A DNA stretch of 64,000 nt from Pseudomonas phage PhiPA3. Both the position numbers and the translations under genes were made by a program. The number at the start of each line of letters is the position of its first letter. The stretch's first letter is position 1. This document shows positions 38,059 through 49,922 of the stretch, in pieces. The notes under the pieces were generated by a model. It was not told the origin of the DNA, did not search any database, and saw nothing but the letters and a program-made list of their open reading frames with translations. The DNA is taken from the sequence record HQ630627.1. One strand, written 5' to 3'.

Positions 38059-38383
38059 ATCGAAAATTGAGGGTATCCTAACGAGTATTAGAGAGCGGGG
38101 AATCAATGAGGGTGACACGGTATACGCTAGACACCTGATTGGTCGTAAGGCTTGCTGTGAAGCCCCAGCTGCTCTGTTTTGTCGTCGTAACGATGTGCTT
38201 ATCGTTACTGGAATAGAAGTTGACAGTACCGGTAAGATCTGGTACAGGGTACGACATGCTAAAGGAACTGGCGAATGGTCGGTTGGCTTTCGTGATATCA
38301 CGAAGATGAAACCATTTAGCCACAACTACAGCGACGAACAGAAGTACTACGATTCTCAGCGTGAACAAGATTACGTGGGGTAG
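38018..38383 (+). CDS. Hypothetical protein (about 121 aa; start uncertain)
   Basis: ORF overlaps the 3' end of the previous gene. Confidence 0.35.
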   Translation: MNTHPSLFVRLIDKSKIEGILTSIRERGINEGDTVYARHLIGRKACCEAPAALFCRRNDVLIVTGIEVDSTGKIWYRVRHAKGTGEWSVGFRDITKMKPFSHNYSDEQKYYDSQREQDYVG

Positions 38384-38386
38384 TAA

Positions 38387-38941
38387 ATGAAAGAGAACCG
38401 CGATAAACATCAAGTAGTCATGGCCACTGAGGTGTTTAACCGTCTATTGGCTTTTGCCGAAGATGGCGCAAAGATGGCTGGGGTTAGCTTGGCTGATGAC
38501 AAGCGACATATCCGTAAGTTCAATCTTCACTTACATCAACAACGTATCCAAGAAGTTGCCGAAGATGATCGGCAACGACGAGAATGGTACAAGCGCGCCA
38601 AGGAAATCGTTAATAAACACCGGGGTGAGCAGATTGTTTACCATGACGGTAAAGGTCACTACCGTTATGTCAAGGTCATCGGTTTAGGTAAACCCAAACA
38701 CATGCTTCGGGTAGGTCACAATGTAGTCGACCAATCGGTGATCGATCAGCAGAGTACGCCCCATAATTACAAGCATGACTGCTGGGTTGCTGAAGTACCA
38801 GTGTGGCAGCTGGGTGGTAGCATACCGGATGATTACAAAATGATGTTCTCTGGCCCGTACACCGGTTGGTGGGTTTCCCCCGAGCGGAAAGCCGTACTGG
38901 AATCGTGCCAGTCGCTGGTAGTGAGCCTCTGGTATGATTAA
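38387..38941 (+). CDS. Cassette protein A1 (184 aa), paralog of 41194..41787
   Basis: QVVMATEVFNRLLAFAEDG / HIRKFNLHLHQQRIQE / NKHRGEQIVY align with A2. Confidence 0.55.
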   Translation: MKENRDKHQVVMATEVFNRLLAFAEDGAKMAGVSLADDKRHIRKFNLHLHQQRIQEVAEDDRQRREWYKRAKEIVNKHRGEQIVYHDGKGHYRYVKVIGLGKPKHMLRVGHNVVDQSVIDQQSTPHNYKHDCWVAEVPVWQLGGSIPDDYKMMFSGPYTGWWVSPERKAVLESCQSLVVSLWYD

Positions 38942-39194
38942 CCCAGCACATCATCCGCTGGCTCCTGTGACCAGTCATAAGCTCTTCGACATTTTCAGGA
39001 AATGTGCGGAAACGTCAAAAGGTAGATGGCGTAATCTACAGGAGTCTAAAGGGTATATTAGCCTCACCATACCCCACCAGGACTACAATGCGTATTTCTG
39101 GGAACTCATTAGTCTGTATAAGTGTCGGATAGTTCATACACATTCAGTTAATGAACAATTCATTGATATCGTGATCTCTAAAGAATCGGAGTGA
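38934..39194 (+). CDS. Hypothetical protein (86 aa)
   Basis: 8-nt overlap with the A1 stop. Confidence 0.4.
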   Translation: MINPAHHPLAPVTSHKLFDIFRKCAETSKGRWRNLQESKGYISLTIPHQDYNAYFWELISLYKCRIVHTHSVNEQFIDIVISKESE

Positions 39195-39197
39195 ACC

Positions 39198-39851
39198 ATG
39201 GACCGTAAGGGTTACGTTGCAATAGTCGAGTCACGCACTGTTCCCGAAACTGTACTGGAGCTGATGATTCGACTGGGACGTACTCACACGGACCATGGTT
39301 GGGCTGTTAGTTCTGGTGACGCCTACGACTCCGATCGTGCAGGTTGGTACGGCGCTGTGCAGTCGAAACACTACGATACAGTGGGTTCACGGATCTACCT
39401 GGCCAGTGGTACTGGTCGGAACTGGTATCGTATCCGTGACCATAAGAACTTCATGGATGCAACTCAGTTTACCGATACGTGGGCTGATGCTCGTGCAATG
39501 GCTATAACGGCGAGGGGTTCTTTCGGAGGACTGAATGAATTTTGTCAGGCGTTGCACACCCGTAACGTTTACCAAATTCATGGACATACCCTAGATGAAC
39601 TGGTAGAGCGCCTGTTCTATTACGCTAAACCCATAGGGAAACGTGAGAATGAACGAGTTGACGGTGGCACTAATACCGCTTTGCGTTTGAGCGTAATGGC
39701 GGGTGTACCCATCCGAAAGAATCTCTACTTCGAAGATGATCGTCAGTGGTGCCTTGATTGGCTAGCTGAAAATGAACTGGACTACCCTTATCAGGAGATT
39801 GATTGGAATGCAATCCATAACCCACGCGACCCAAGAGTCCTCGATTTCTGA
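39198..39851 (+). CDS. Hypothetical protein (217 aa)
   Basis: SD GGAGTG. Confidence 0.5.
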   Translation: MDRKGYVAIVESRTVPETVLELMIRLGRTHTDHGWAVSSGDAYDSDRAGWYGAVQSKHYDTVGSRIYLASGTGRNWYRIRDHKNFMDATQFTDTWADARAMAITARGSFGGLNEFCQALHTRNVYQIHGHTLDELVERLFYYAKPIGKRENERVDGGTNTALRLSVMAGVPIRKNLYFEDDRQWCLDWLAENELDYPYQEIDWNAIHNPRDPRVLDF

Positions 39852-39896
39852 ACGTGGTATTTTATCACAAGAAGTTCTGGATGGAGTGAAGACGCT

Positions 39897-40256
39897 GTGA
39901 AGGACTCTAAGCTAAAAGATCCTACCCCTGTGCTGGATTTCATTGCCAGTATCCATGCCCCACTGAAAATTAAAAACGGATTGGTAGCTGACAATATCGA
40001 ACACCGCGTGAGAGAATCGATGCGGAGCATGCTCTGCGATATAGGTGCCCGTAACGAGAAATTCGCGCACCACATCATCGATCGGATTCGGTTGGAGGAA
40101 GCAGATCGGGATGAACGTATCCAGTTCGACCGTAATATTCGATCCAAGTCCATGGATGAGTTGATGGTGTGGGCTAACGTTCAGCTGTGCATCATTGGGG
40201 GTGCACCTGCAACACTCGCTATTGATAAAGCCTGTAGGAGGTTGATGTGGGCTTGA
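39897..40256 (+). CDS. Hypothetical protein (119 aa, GTG start)
   Basis: ORF only. Confidence 0.35.
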   Translation: MKDSKLKDPTPVLDFIASIHAPLKIKNGLVADNIEHRVRESMRSMLCDIGARNEKFAHHIIDRIRLEEADRDERIQFDRNIRSKSMDELMVWANVQLCIIGGAPATLAIDKACRRLMWA

Positions 40257-40597
40257 ACGTTTCTCGCAATAAACTGTTCCGGATGGTGAGCATTATCCGT
40301 CGGCAAGTTCCGGTAGCTGCCCATCCGGTTCAGGAATACGAGGCTACCATTGAAACGCAGATGTTGGAGCGTATCTCTGGTAAACCACGTTGGATGAAAG
40401 CTCAGACCATTAAAATGTCAGATGCTTACGCCAAGCGGCTAATGGATAAGCTGACATATTTACCTCCACCGGGTTACGATCTGGCGAAGATACAGGAATA
40501 TAAGCCAGTGGAAATCGATCCATGCTTTAAACGGTTTAATACGGATATTTCCGTTCGAATTGAACCTCACTACAACGCAATCCTTAAAGGTGTGTAA
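40247..40597 (+). CDS. Hypothetical protein (116 aa, GTG start)
   Basis: SD TAGGAGG 6 nt upstream of the GTG. Confidence 0.45.
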   Translation: MGLNVSRNKLFRMVSIIRRQVPVAAHPVQEYEATIETQMLERISGKPRWMKAQTIKMSDAYAKRLMDKLTYLPPPGYDLAKIQEYKPVEIDPCFKRFNTDISVRIEPHYNAILKGV

Positions 40598-41184
40598 TGA
40601 ACAAGTCTAAGATTCCGGTAGTGGTTCCTGATTTCGCATTGGATGCTCCGAAGCCGGCGGCATGGCATAGTCCAGTGGTATTCCGTCAAGGTCAGTCCAT
40701 GGGCAAATCAACCGATGGTGATCAAGTTTTTAATGACTACTTAAACCACGTTTATATGCCAGCGTACCATGATCTTATTAATGGCCGCCTTAACGGTGGT
40801 CTTAAACATGGTGAGCTCTTCGTACTACAACATGGCTTGAATGTCGGCTCCGGTCGCCATAACCCCAACAAAACGAACCTCTACGCAGAACGTCTTATGG
40901 CCGAGCGTTTTGCACAGCAGAACAAACTGCGGGAACTGGAAGGCAGTCCTATTCCGGAGGTTCGTAAGAACCCGGTCACCGCTGCTGTACAGATGGTCGT
41001 TCAAGGTCGCTTGTCTGCACTGCGTGACTGGTTTGAAACCAAGCACGAAATGTGGATCACTTGGATCAATGGCTTGGTAGCTTCGGGTCTGGTACATCGT
41101 ACCAACGAAGGTAACAGTATCTACTGGTACGACATTGAAGGTAATATGTCAGAACTGCTCGATCCCAACAAAGTTTATTGCTAA
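40597..41184 (+). CDS. Cassette protein B1 (195 aa), paralog of 41797..42263
   Basis: MNKSKIPVVVPDFALDAPKP..NPVTAAVQMVVQGRLSALRDWFETKHEMWITWIN aligns with B2. Confidence 0.55.
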   Translation: MNKSKIPVVVPDFALDAPKPAAWHSPVVFRQGQSMGKSTDGDQVFNDYLNHVYMPAYHDLINGRLNGGLKHGELFVLQHGLNVGSGRHNPNKTNLYAERLMAERFAQQNKLRELEGSPIPEVRKNPVTAAVQMVVQGRLSALRDWFETKHEMWITWINGLVASGLVHRTNEGNSIYWYDIEGNMSELLDPNKVYC

Positions 41185-41193
41185 GGACTCAAC

Positions 41194-41787
41194 ATGGAAC
41201 GCAACCACAACGAACAACAAGTAATCCTTTCCCTAGAGATGTACAATACGCTGCTAGCGATGGCTGCCGACAGCCCCCGCTATACAACCAAACGGATTGA
41301 GAAGCATGTCCGTAAGTTCAACCCGTATCTGCAACTTCCACATCAGCTCAGGGTTAAGGAGTTCGAAGCTTATCGCTCAAAGGAGATCCGTGAAGCACGA
41401 GCGTTCTTCAATAAGCATGTCGGCCAAACTGTTTATGCTCTAGTGAATATGGGCTCTTCCCGTGTGGAAGGCGAGAACGTATTCTGTCCCGTGGTGGTGA
41501 AACGACTGGACAAAGACCGTCGGTTCATCCGAGTCGCTGAAGTAAGTGATATTACGTTGGGTCTAAAGTGCACTGTTCGCGTATCGGCTAGTTCGCTTGC
41601 GCTGGAAATCCCTGATGACTTCATTGACGGAGTTGGAGCTTATCGTCGGTACAGGATTCGTGAGAACGGTCCGTTTGATATCCGTAAGAAAGAAGCCGAA
41701 GCGCAAGAAAAACGCCTATTGGATTCGCAAACGCACGTTCAATCCGAGATGTGTGATGAAGACATCCGCGTCGAAGTACGTGACTAG
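41194..41787 (+). CDS. Cassette protein A2 (197 aa)
   Basis: QVILSLEMYNTLLAMAADS / HVRKFNPYLQLPHQLRVKE / NKHVGQTVYA. Confidence 0.55.
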   Translation: MERNHNEQQVILSLEMYNTLLAMAADSPRYTTKRIEKHVRKFNPYLQLPHQLRVKEFEAYRSKEIREARAFFNKHVGQTVYALVNMGSSRVEGENVFCPVVVKRLDKDRRFIRVAEVSDITLGLKCTVRVSASSLALEIPDDFIDGVGAYRRYRIRENGPFDIRKKEAEAQEKRLLDSQTHVQSEMCDEDIRVEVRD

Positions 41788-41796
41788 GAGACTAAC

Positions 41797-42263
41797 ATGG
41801 CTAAATCGCGTATCCCTGTAGTAATTCCCGATTACGTGCTGGATGCACCGAAGCCCATGGCGACTGAACCGTTCATGGGTGCTTATGTAACTGCTTATCG
41901 TGGTTCGGCCATGGGGAAATCGGAACACCTCAGTCACCTCAAGGATGGCTTACATCCAGGTGAATTGGCGAAGATGAATGATTATCTAGAATACCTGGGG
42001 AGACTCCGCGATCTGGGAGGCACTGAATATCCACAGGTTAATCGTAATCCACTGGCACACGCGGTTAAGCTGGTAGTACAGGGGCGCTTGGATGATCTAC
42101 GTAACTGGTTTGATGTCAAAGAGAAAATGTGGTGGTCCTGGATCAATTGTACAGAATATTCCGGCGTGCGCCATCGTTTGATTTCATGGTTTACGTATAC
42201 CTGAACATGGAAGCCAACGGCGATGACTTGATGGATCCAAACAAGATTTACTGTGGTAGATAA
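41797..42263 (+). pseudogene. Cassette protein B2, frameshifted relative to B1. Frame 0 stops at 42204; the +1 frame continues to 42263 and restores the conserved C-terminus.
   Basis: MAKSRIPVVIPDYVLDAPKP..VVQGRLDDLRNWFDVKEKMWWSWIN in frame 0. ..EANGDDLMDPNKIYC (cf. B1 EGNMSELLDPNKVYC) is only in the +1 frame. Confidence 0.45.
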
Positions 42264-42294
42264 TCAGATAGGCTAAAACAAGGAAAGCTCTTAA

Positions 42295-42873
42295 ATGTCT
42301 GTACTCTCTGATAAAACTATTGCCCGCCTGTGCAATGGTGACCTCCCGATGATCGAACCGTTCTTTGCGGAATCGATCAAGCACGCTGAGGATGGTCACC
42401 GCATTGCTTCGTACGGTGTGAGCAGTTACGGTTATGACCTTCGCGCTGCTGGGGAATTCAAACTCTTCAAAGGTGTCCCGGAAGGGCAGGCTGTAGACTA
42501 CAAGAACATCACCGAAGACATGTTCGAAACCGTAGTTGGCGATAAGATCATCATCCCACCGCACGGCTTTATCCTGACTCGTTCTGTGGAGTACGTCCGT
42601 ATTCCGCGTAACGTACTGGCACTGTGCATCGGTAAGTCGACTATCGCCCGTGTGGGCATCAACTGTCTGTGCACTCCGATCGAACCGGAATGGGAAGGCC
42701 ACATCACCTTCGAATTCCACAACACTCTCGATCAACCGAACACCTTCTATGCCAACGAAGGTGTACTGCAACTGGTCTTCATCGAAGGCGATGAGCCGTG
42801 CATTACTTCGTATGCCGATCGTGGCGGTAAGTACCAGGGTCAGGGCGCCAACATCGTTCTACCGAAAGTGTAA
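42295..42873 (+). CDS. dcd: dCTP deaminase (Dcd/dUTPase-fold family)
   Basis: SSYGYDLRAAG, GKSTIARVGI, IEPEWEGHITFEFHN. Length 192 aa. Confidence 0.8.
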   Translation: MSVLSDKTIARLCNGDLPMIEPFFAESIKHAEDGHRIASYGVSSYGYDLRAAGEFKLFKGVPEGQAVDYKNITEDMFETVVGDKIIIPPHGFILTRSVEYVRIPRNVLALCIGKSTIARVGINCLCTPIEPEWEGHITFEFHNTLDQPNTFYANEGVLQLVFIEGDEPCITSYADRGGKYQGQGANIVLPKV

Positions 42874-42905
42874 AAACTTTTAGATCTATATCACGCCTTT
42901 GAATT
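42873..42905 (+). promoter_or_regulatory. Promoter-like motif copy 3 (AAAAACTTTTAGATCTATATCACGCCTTTGAATTG)
   Basis: Shares the ATCTATAT-AC core and the downstream TTTGAATTG with the copy at 16464. 30 bp upstream of the 42935 gene. Confidence 0.45.
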
Positions 42906-42934
42906 GATTCCAAATCAACAAAAGGAAAATATAA

Positions 42935-43417
42935 ATGGCACGTGTACAAATCAACTCTTTCAAAGGTCTTGGGGAATTGATGGGCAAACCGGTTGAAGTT
43001 AAACCGGAACCGGTTAAGAAAAAGAAACCGAAGCCTGTCAAACGTGAAGATCTGAAGAAGGTTGAGGCGCCGAAGCCTGCTGAATCCGCTAAAGCAGAAG
43101 AGCCTCCTAAAAAGGCTCCCAAACGAAAGCGGGTGCCGCCGCCTCCGGAGAAGCGGGTTGTATATAAAGCCCCCACGACCATCAAGTTTGAAAAGTCCGC
43201 ATCGGAGCGGGCACTCCCAGATACGCGTGGTGTGTCGGAGCTCTGTAAGTTCAAACAAGAACTTTCGAAACACAGTTTGGAACTATTTGGTGGTGTGGTA
43301 CGACGTGTTAAAGACTGGAGTGATAGTCTGTTCCCTATCGAAGAGACCAAGTTCCAGAAAGAACTGATTGCTCAGTTTCAGTTGATCTACAACACGAAGT
43401 TCGTGCAAAAGGTGTGA
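42935..43417 (+). CDS. Lys/Pro-rich basic protein (160 aa), possible nucleic-acid-binding
   Basis: KPVEVKPEPVKKKKPKPVKREDLKKVEAPKPAESAKAEEPPKKAPKRKRVPPPPEK; SD AAAGGAAAA. Confidence 0.5.
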   Translation: MARVQINSFKGLGELMGKPVEVKPEPVKKKKPKPVKREDLKKVEAPKPAESAKAEEPPKKAPKRKRVPPPPEKRVVYKAPTTIKFEKSASERALPDTRGVSELCKFKQELSKHSLELFGGVVRRVKDWSDSLFPIEETKFQKELIAQFQLIYNTKFVQKV

Positions 43418-43426
43418 CGGCATATT

Positions 43427-43465
43427 GGGGTTCCTTCGGGAACCCCTCTATGACTATTTTCTTTA
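43427..43465 (+). terminator. Intrinsic terminator GGGGTTCC-TTCG-GGAACCCC + TCTATGACTATTTTCTTT
   Basis: 8-bp perfect stem with UUCG loop and a T-rich tail. Confidence 0.7.
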
Positions 43466-43475
43466 GGAGAATCCA

Positions 43476-46023
<2,548 letters not shown>

Positions 46024-46038
46024 GACTTTGGGGATACC

Positions 46039-46293
46039 ATGCTTAATATCATCCGCCGTTTCTTCTTTCAACGTAAGTACAACCGCCTGATGCGTGAACA
46101 GTGGGACGAACGTGAAGCGTTCACCTCTAAAGTTCTCGATCAAGGTCACATGATCATCGCACCGGGCAAAGTGATACCCATTTCCGGTGGTAAGCGTACA
46201 GAAGTAACTGTCGATCTGGACGTCGAATACAAGACCATCCTATGGGAGCAGAAGCGTGCATTAGAGGCGCTGGTGGCGACCAAAAAGTTCTAA
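46039..46293 (+). CDS. Hypothetical protein (84 aa)
   Basis: ORF only. Confidence 0.4.
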   Translation: MLNIIRRFFFQRKYNRLMREQWDEREAFTSKVLDQGHMIIAPGKVIPISGGKRTEVTVDLDVEYKTILWEQKRALEALVATKKF

Positions 46294-46310
46294 CAAAAAA
46301 GGATTGGCCC

Positions 46311-46529
46311 GTGAAAACCCTCCTCAGGCGTGCGCTACTCATTATCAGGCATGTACTGTGGTTGATCGGATTCAGTTTTCGGGTAGGTAGTGATCGCATG
46401 GGAGACGTACGTCGGAAATTCAGCGCTGATCGCGGTGGGTACATCCGTCCACTCCATAAAGATCGCAACATGGAACTGAGTCTGCATCAGCTTCACTTTG
46501 AATCTGATTGGCAGTTGGCAAAATATTAA
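46311..46529 (+). CDS. Hypothetical small protein (about 72 aa, GTG start)
   Basis: AAAGGA 8 nt upstream of an in-frame GTG. Ends 6 nt before a terminator. Confidence 0.3.
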   Translation: MKTLLRRALLIIRHVLWLIGFSFRVGSDRMGDVRRKFSADRGGYIRPLHKDRNMELSLHQLHFESDWQLAKY

Positions 46530-46535
46530 GGACTA

Positions 46536-46562
46536 GCCTCTCCTCCGGGAGAGGCTTTATCC
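46536..46562 (+). terminator. Intrinsic terminator GCCTCTCC-TCCG-GGAGAGGC + TTTATCC
   Basis: 8-bp perfect stem. Confidence 0.7.
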
Positions 46563-46579
46563 CGTTAGGAGAATACAAG

Positions 46580-47677
46580 ATGCAAATGCTTAAAGATATC
46601 TACAACCATTTTCGTACGAAACGTGTTCCCACCATGACCACGTTCCAAACCTTATTCAAGAACGGTGCAACGGTCATCCGTATTATCGATGGGGAGAAAA
46701 AGTTCTGGGTGTACGGTACAGGTGAGTTGATTGGCGACACCTACGAACTGTACTACTATTACATGAACGAGGAATACGATCGCGTAAAAAATGTAGTTAT
46801 CACTCCGTTGGATACACGAGCTTTCTTTGACTTGGATCTGGTAAGTGATTGGCCCAATGCCAAGGTTCGGGTACAGCATAATAGAGACGCCCAGGATGAA
46901 TTCATCCTAAAAACTATCTGTGAACGTAGTTTCGAGAACTGGCTCGTTAGTTCTGCCTACGTGAAGGCGTGGAAGACTTGGTTGGAAAAACCGTTGTATG
47001 AGCGTATACCTCGTGGCCATGGGGTTAAAGTGGGTAGTATCAGTAATCGTGACCTGTTTGCTATGTCCAACGTGGCTGATGGCGCAGACTACATTACCCT
47101 GTACGACTGTAAGGGTGAAATGTTCCAGATGCCGTATGCCATACTGGACTCGGACTTCTGGCATCATCACGAGGATAGCTTGGGCTATCCAGAATACATT
47201 CCATTGACCGTACCGCCCAAGCGACAAGCTTTGCATCACGATGATCCTCGTCGTTGGGTTGTTATCGAGCGTGTAACGGATCATGGACTGGATTACGCTG
47301 TACGTGGGCGCTACGCCGGTGAAGCGCTCCTGAAACCTACGGAAATCTTCAACATCACCATCGAACTAGATGGTCCTAACCTTGCTGGCCGTGATATCAA
47401 CCTCCAAGACATGTTGTTATTGGCTATTCTGCGTGATCCGTCCATGCAAGAGTTGGATCAGTTCCGAGTGTATCTAAACAACATTCGGATCAAGCATGCT
47501 GGGTTTGATGCTATCTTCTCTGCGTGGACCACCCGCCAGAGAGATAACAGTGAATGGCGTAATACTCATCCGTACATCTTCATCAAAGATAATGGTCGAC
47601 CTCAGGTTATCCATGATGAACGGACAGTGTATGTACGGTACGTTAATGCTGAAAGCGTGGAGACTGAACTTGATTAA
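46580..47677 (+). CDS. Hypothetical protein (365 aa)
   Basis: SD TAGGAGAATACAAG-ATG. The track ORF is 5'-extended across the terminator. Confidence 0.55.
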   Translation: MQMLKDIYNHFRTKRVPTMTTFQTLFKNGATVIRIIDGEKKFWVYGTGELIGDTYELYYYYMNEEYDRVKNVVITPLDTRAFFDLDLVSDWPNAKVRVQHNRDAQDEFILKTICERSFENWLVSSAYVKAWKTWLEKPLYERIPRGHGVKVGSISNRDLFAMSNVADGADYITLYDCKGEMFQMPYAILDSDFWHHHEDSLGYPEYIPLTVPPKRQALHHDDPRRWVVIERVTDHGLDYAVRGRYAGEALLKPTEIFNITIELDGPNLAGRDINLQDMLLLAILRDPSMQELDQFRVYLNNIRIKHAGFDAIFSAWTTRQRDNSEWRNTHPYIFIKDNGRPQVIHDERTVYVRYVNAESVETELD

Positions 47678-48134
47678 ACGGCTATTGAAGAAACTCTTCA
47701 GGCCCGTTGATCCGTATGCTCACTACGAGAAGGAACTAAAGTTCCTCGCATCCTGTGATCCACATGGCCTGATTTTCAATCGTTGGATTGTCAAAGTTCC
47801 GTTGTGTGCTCTCCCCTACATGACACGAGTGGGGAAGATCTTCGGACCTGCTGTAGTGACATCCATCATCGCTAAGGTACATAACAGTCCGTTCCGTAAG
47901 GAGTTCTTTACGGACCTGGCCAACTGGTTAGATAGCCCAACGTCCATTGAAGTCTTCAACAGTGGGCATTACACTGATCGAGCTAAAGCCATCCATTTCG
48001 CTAGTTTCTTAGGCGGATACTGGAATGATTCTACTGACCAGTATTTATGGTACAGTCAATTGCGTTTTGGTTTGAGTTCGATGAGTGCGGCTAACGCTAA
48101 GATCCGTGTTGTTACGGAAGATCGTTTCGCATAA
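47646..48134 (+). CDS. Hypothetical protein (about 162 aa; start uncertain)
   Basis: ORF overlaps the 3' end of the previous gene. Followed by a hairpin. Confidence 0.4.
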   Translation: MLKAWRLNLIKRLLKKLFRPVDPYAHYEKELKFLASCDPHGLIFNRWIVKVPLCALPYMTRVGKIFGPAVVTSIIAKVHNSPFRKEFFTDLANWLDSPTSIEVFNSGHYTDRAKAIHFASFLGGYWNDSTDQYLWYSQLRFGLSSMSAANAKIRVVTEDRFA

Positions 48135-48139
48135 GACCT

Positions 48140-48170
48140 ACGCCCTTGACTTAGGTTGAGGGCGTTATGT
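48140..48170 (+). terminator. Terminator-like hairpin ACGCCCT-(11-nt loop)-AGGGCGT + TATGTCGC
   Basis: 7-bp stem with a larger loop; weaker than the others. Confidence 0.4.
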
Positions 48171-48186
48171 CGCCTAGGAGAATCCA

Positions 48187-48603
48187 ATGAACAAAAATAT
48201 AGCCATGGCGGTGATGCTCCCCACCAGCCCAAATTCAGGAAACTACGAAAGTATTCGTCGTTCCAATGCTGAACCTATGGATCTGGAGGAGTATTACACG
48301 CGCCTTCATGAAACTCCGGAAACCAGTTCTCTACCAGAGAGGTTTGCTGAGGTGATCAGACAGCGGTATTCGACTCGCCGTGGTAAACGTAAGTATTACC
48401 GTAAAGAAGACCTCAATGACTTTGCTATTTGGTTGGCAGACTTCCGTTATTTCCTAATTGAGGCATGTGACGGTAATGAAGATCTTCGCATTATCCGGCA
48501 ACAATTCAAGGATCGTATGAAGACCAGTGAGAGGCGTAACTCTTTCTTCAAAGTCACCCGGATGCAGCAATACTTTAAGGAAGCAAAAGGGGACATTCGA
48601 TGA
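48187..48603 (+). CDS. Hypothetical protein (138 aa)
   Basis: CCTAGGAGAATCCAATG initiation context. Confidence 0.55.
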   Translation: MNKNIAMAVMLPTSPNSGNYESIRRSNAEPMDLEEYYTRLHETPETSSLPERFAEVIRQRYSTRRGKRKYYRKEDLNDFAIWLADFRYFLIEACDGNEDLRIIRQQFKDRMKTSERRNSFFKVTRMQQYFKEAKGDIR

Positions 48604-49031
48604 ACAGTACTCAAAAGGTACTCATCATTGATGGCGGTTCACTAACCACACAAATGACAGCGGCGCTGATCGCGACCTGCAAGAGAGAGTGTATCGAGAT
48701 AGAGGAGTACAAACCCTGTGAAAAGGGTTATCTACCTTATCCCGATTTAAGCGGTCTTAACCGCAACCTTATACCGTACTTTGAAACCGAAGAGTCGGGT
48801 GAGTACGACCGTGTGCCTACGTCCACTTACGAGAAGAGACAATTCAAGAAGTCGGACAAACAGCAAGAAGCAGCTGCATTGTGGCTAAAGACAGCCTATG
48901 CTTTAGACCACGCTAAAACAAAAGAAGAACGACACCACATTGTGAAGGGATACAAAAGTCAAAGACGTATTTTGCGTCTACAACACGCTGGGGTGATACT
49001 CACTCGTCTCCACGAGTGTACTTTGAAATAG
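48600..49031 (+). CDS. Hypothetical protein (143 aa)
   Basis: ATGA overlap with the upstream stop. Confidence 0.5.
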   Translation: MNSTQKVLIIDGGSLTTQMTAALIATCKRECIEIEEYKPCEKGYLPYPDLSGLNRNLIPYFETEESGEYDRVPTSTYEKRQFKKSDKQQEAAALWLKTAYALDHAKTKEERHHIVKGYKSQRRILRLQHAGVILTRLHECTLK

Positions 49032-49074
49032 TGGGTACCGCGTTGGTACTTCACGTCTGGAGGTACTAACCCCA

Positions 49075-49395
49075 ATGGAACTCCTGATACCCCTTAAAGA
49101 AGACAACGACTTCCAGGACGATATCTTCAAGTATGGGGATCTTTCTGGTTGCATCAGCGTCGTCGATAAGAATGGTAATAGTGATTATGACTACCAAGTA
49201 TCAGTTGAGGAAGACCGTGACTTCCCGAATGAATGGACGGTTGTAATCCAACAAGCCGTTCCGGATACCGCTAAGTTGAATCTTAAATTCAAGCGATATT
49301 GGTTTAAGTACAACTCTGTGTCTGGTCATTTTGCGGGCGAACCATTCTTCTACTCAGGATTGAGTAAAAGGCTAATCCGCGTCGAAGTGCCGTAA
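49075..49395 (+). CDS. Hypothetical protein (106 aa)
   Basis: ORF followed by a terminator. Confidence 0.45.
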   Translation: MELLIPLKEDNDFQDDIFKYGDLSGCISVVDKNGNSDYDYQVSVEEDRDFPNEWTVVIQQAVPDTAKLNLKFKRYWFKYNSVSGHFAGEPFFYSGLSKRLIRVEVP

Positions 49396-49403
49396 GGCAT
49401 AAT

Positions 49404-49435
49404 AGCCTCCCTTCGGGGAGGCTTTATATTTCCCC
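49404..49435 (+). terminator. Intrinsic terminator AGCCTCCC-TTCG-GGGAGGCT + TTATATTTCCCC
   Basis: 8-bp perfect stem with UUCG loop. Confidence 0.7.
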
Positions 49436-49526
49436 TAGGTGAATCCAATGCCCCATCGTAAAGTTCTCAACAATATCATGGAGCTATAGTAGAACAAGGT
49501 ATGAGGTTATAACCAACAGGACTCTT

Positions 49527-49922
49527 ATGAGTACACGATTACACACCACCATTTTTAACTTACCGTATCACTACAAAGGCAAGTATTCAGAACGCTTTAA
49601 AGAGATGCGGGAGGTTGGTGTAGAAGCTCTGGAATTTACCGACATGGACATTGAGGGAATTATCAATGGTGATACCCAACGTGATCATGATGAGCTTAAG
49701 TTTTACAAAGAGACCTGGCTTGAGAAACCCAGGCACATCTGTTTCACAATCTTTGAGAAACGGCGCAACCGTATAGTTGTTGAACTCCATGTAGAACTCG
49801 ATAAGAAACGAGTCTACTGGGTAAAACCCCGCATGAGATGGGGACTGCCAAACATGATCGTCAAACTCAAAGTGATCCAAGACCTGTCTAAACAACAATG
49901 GATTGGATCAATGCAGGTGTAA
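49527..49922 (+). CDS. Hypothetical protein (131 aa)
   Basis: ORF with weak SD. Confidence 0.4.
   Translation: MSTRLHTTIFNLPYHYKGKYSERFKEMREVGVEALEFTDMDIEGIINGDTQRDHDELKFYKETWLEKPRHICFTIFEKRRNRIVVELHVELDKKRVYWVKPRMRWGLPNMIVKLKVIQDLSKQQWIGSMQV

Noticed and set aside
42184-42771. 195-aa minus-strand ORF
   Set aside because: It is antisense to the well-supported dCTP deaminase gene.
46242-46529. Full-length track ORF (95 aa) overlapping the end of the 46039 gene
   Set aside because: The 5' part overlaps the upstream gene in another frame. Only the 3' portion from the in-frame GTG at 46311, which has an SD, is kept as a low-confidence CDS.
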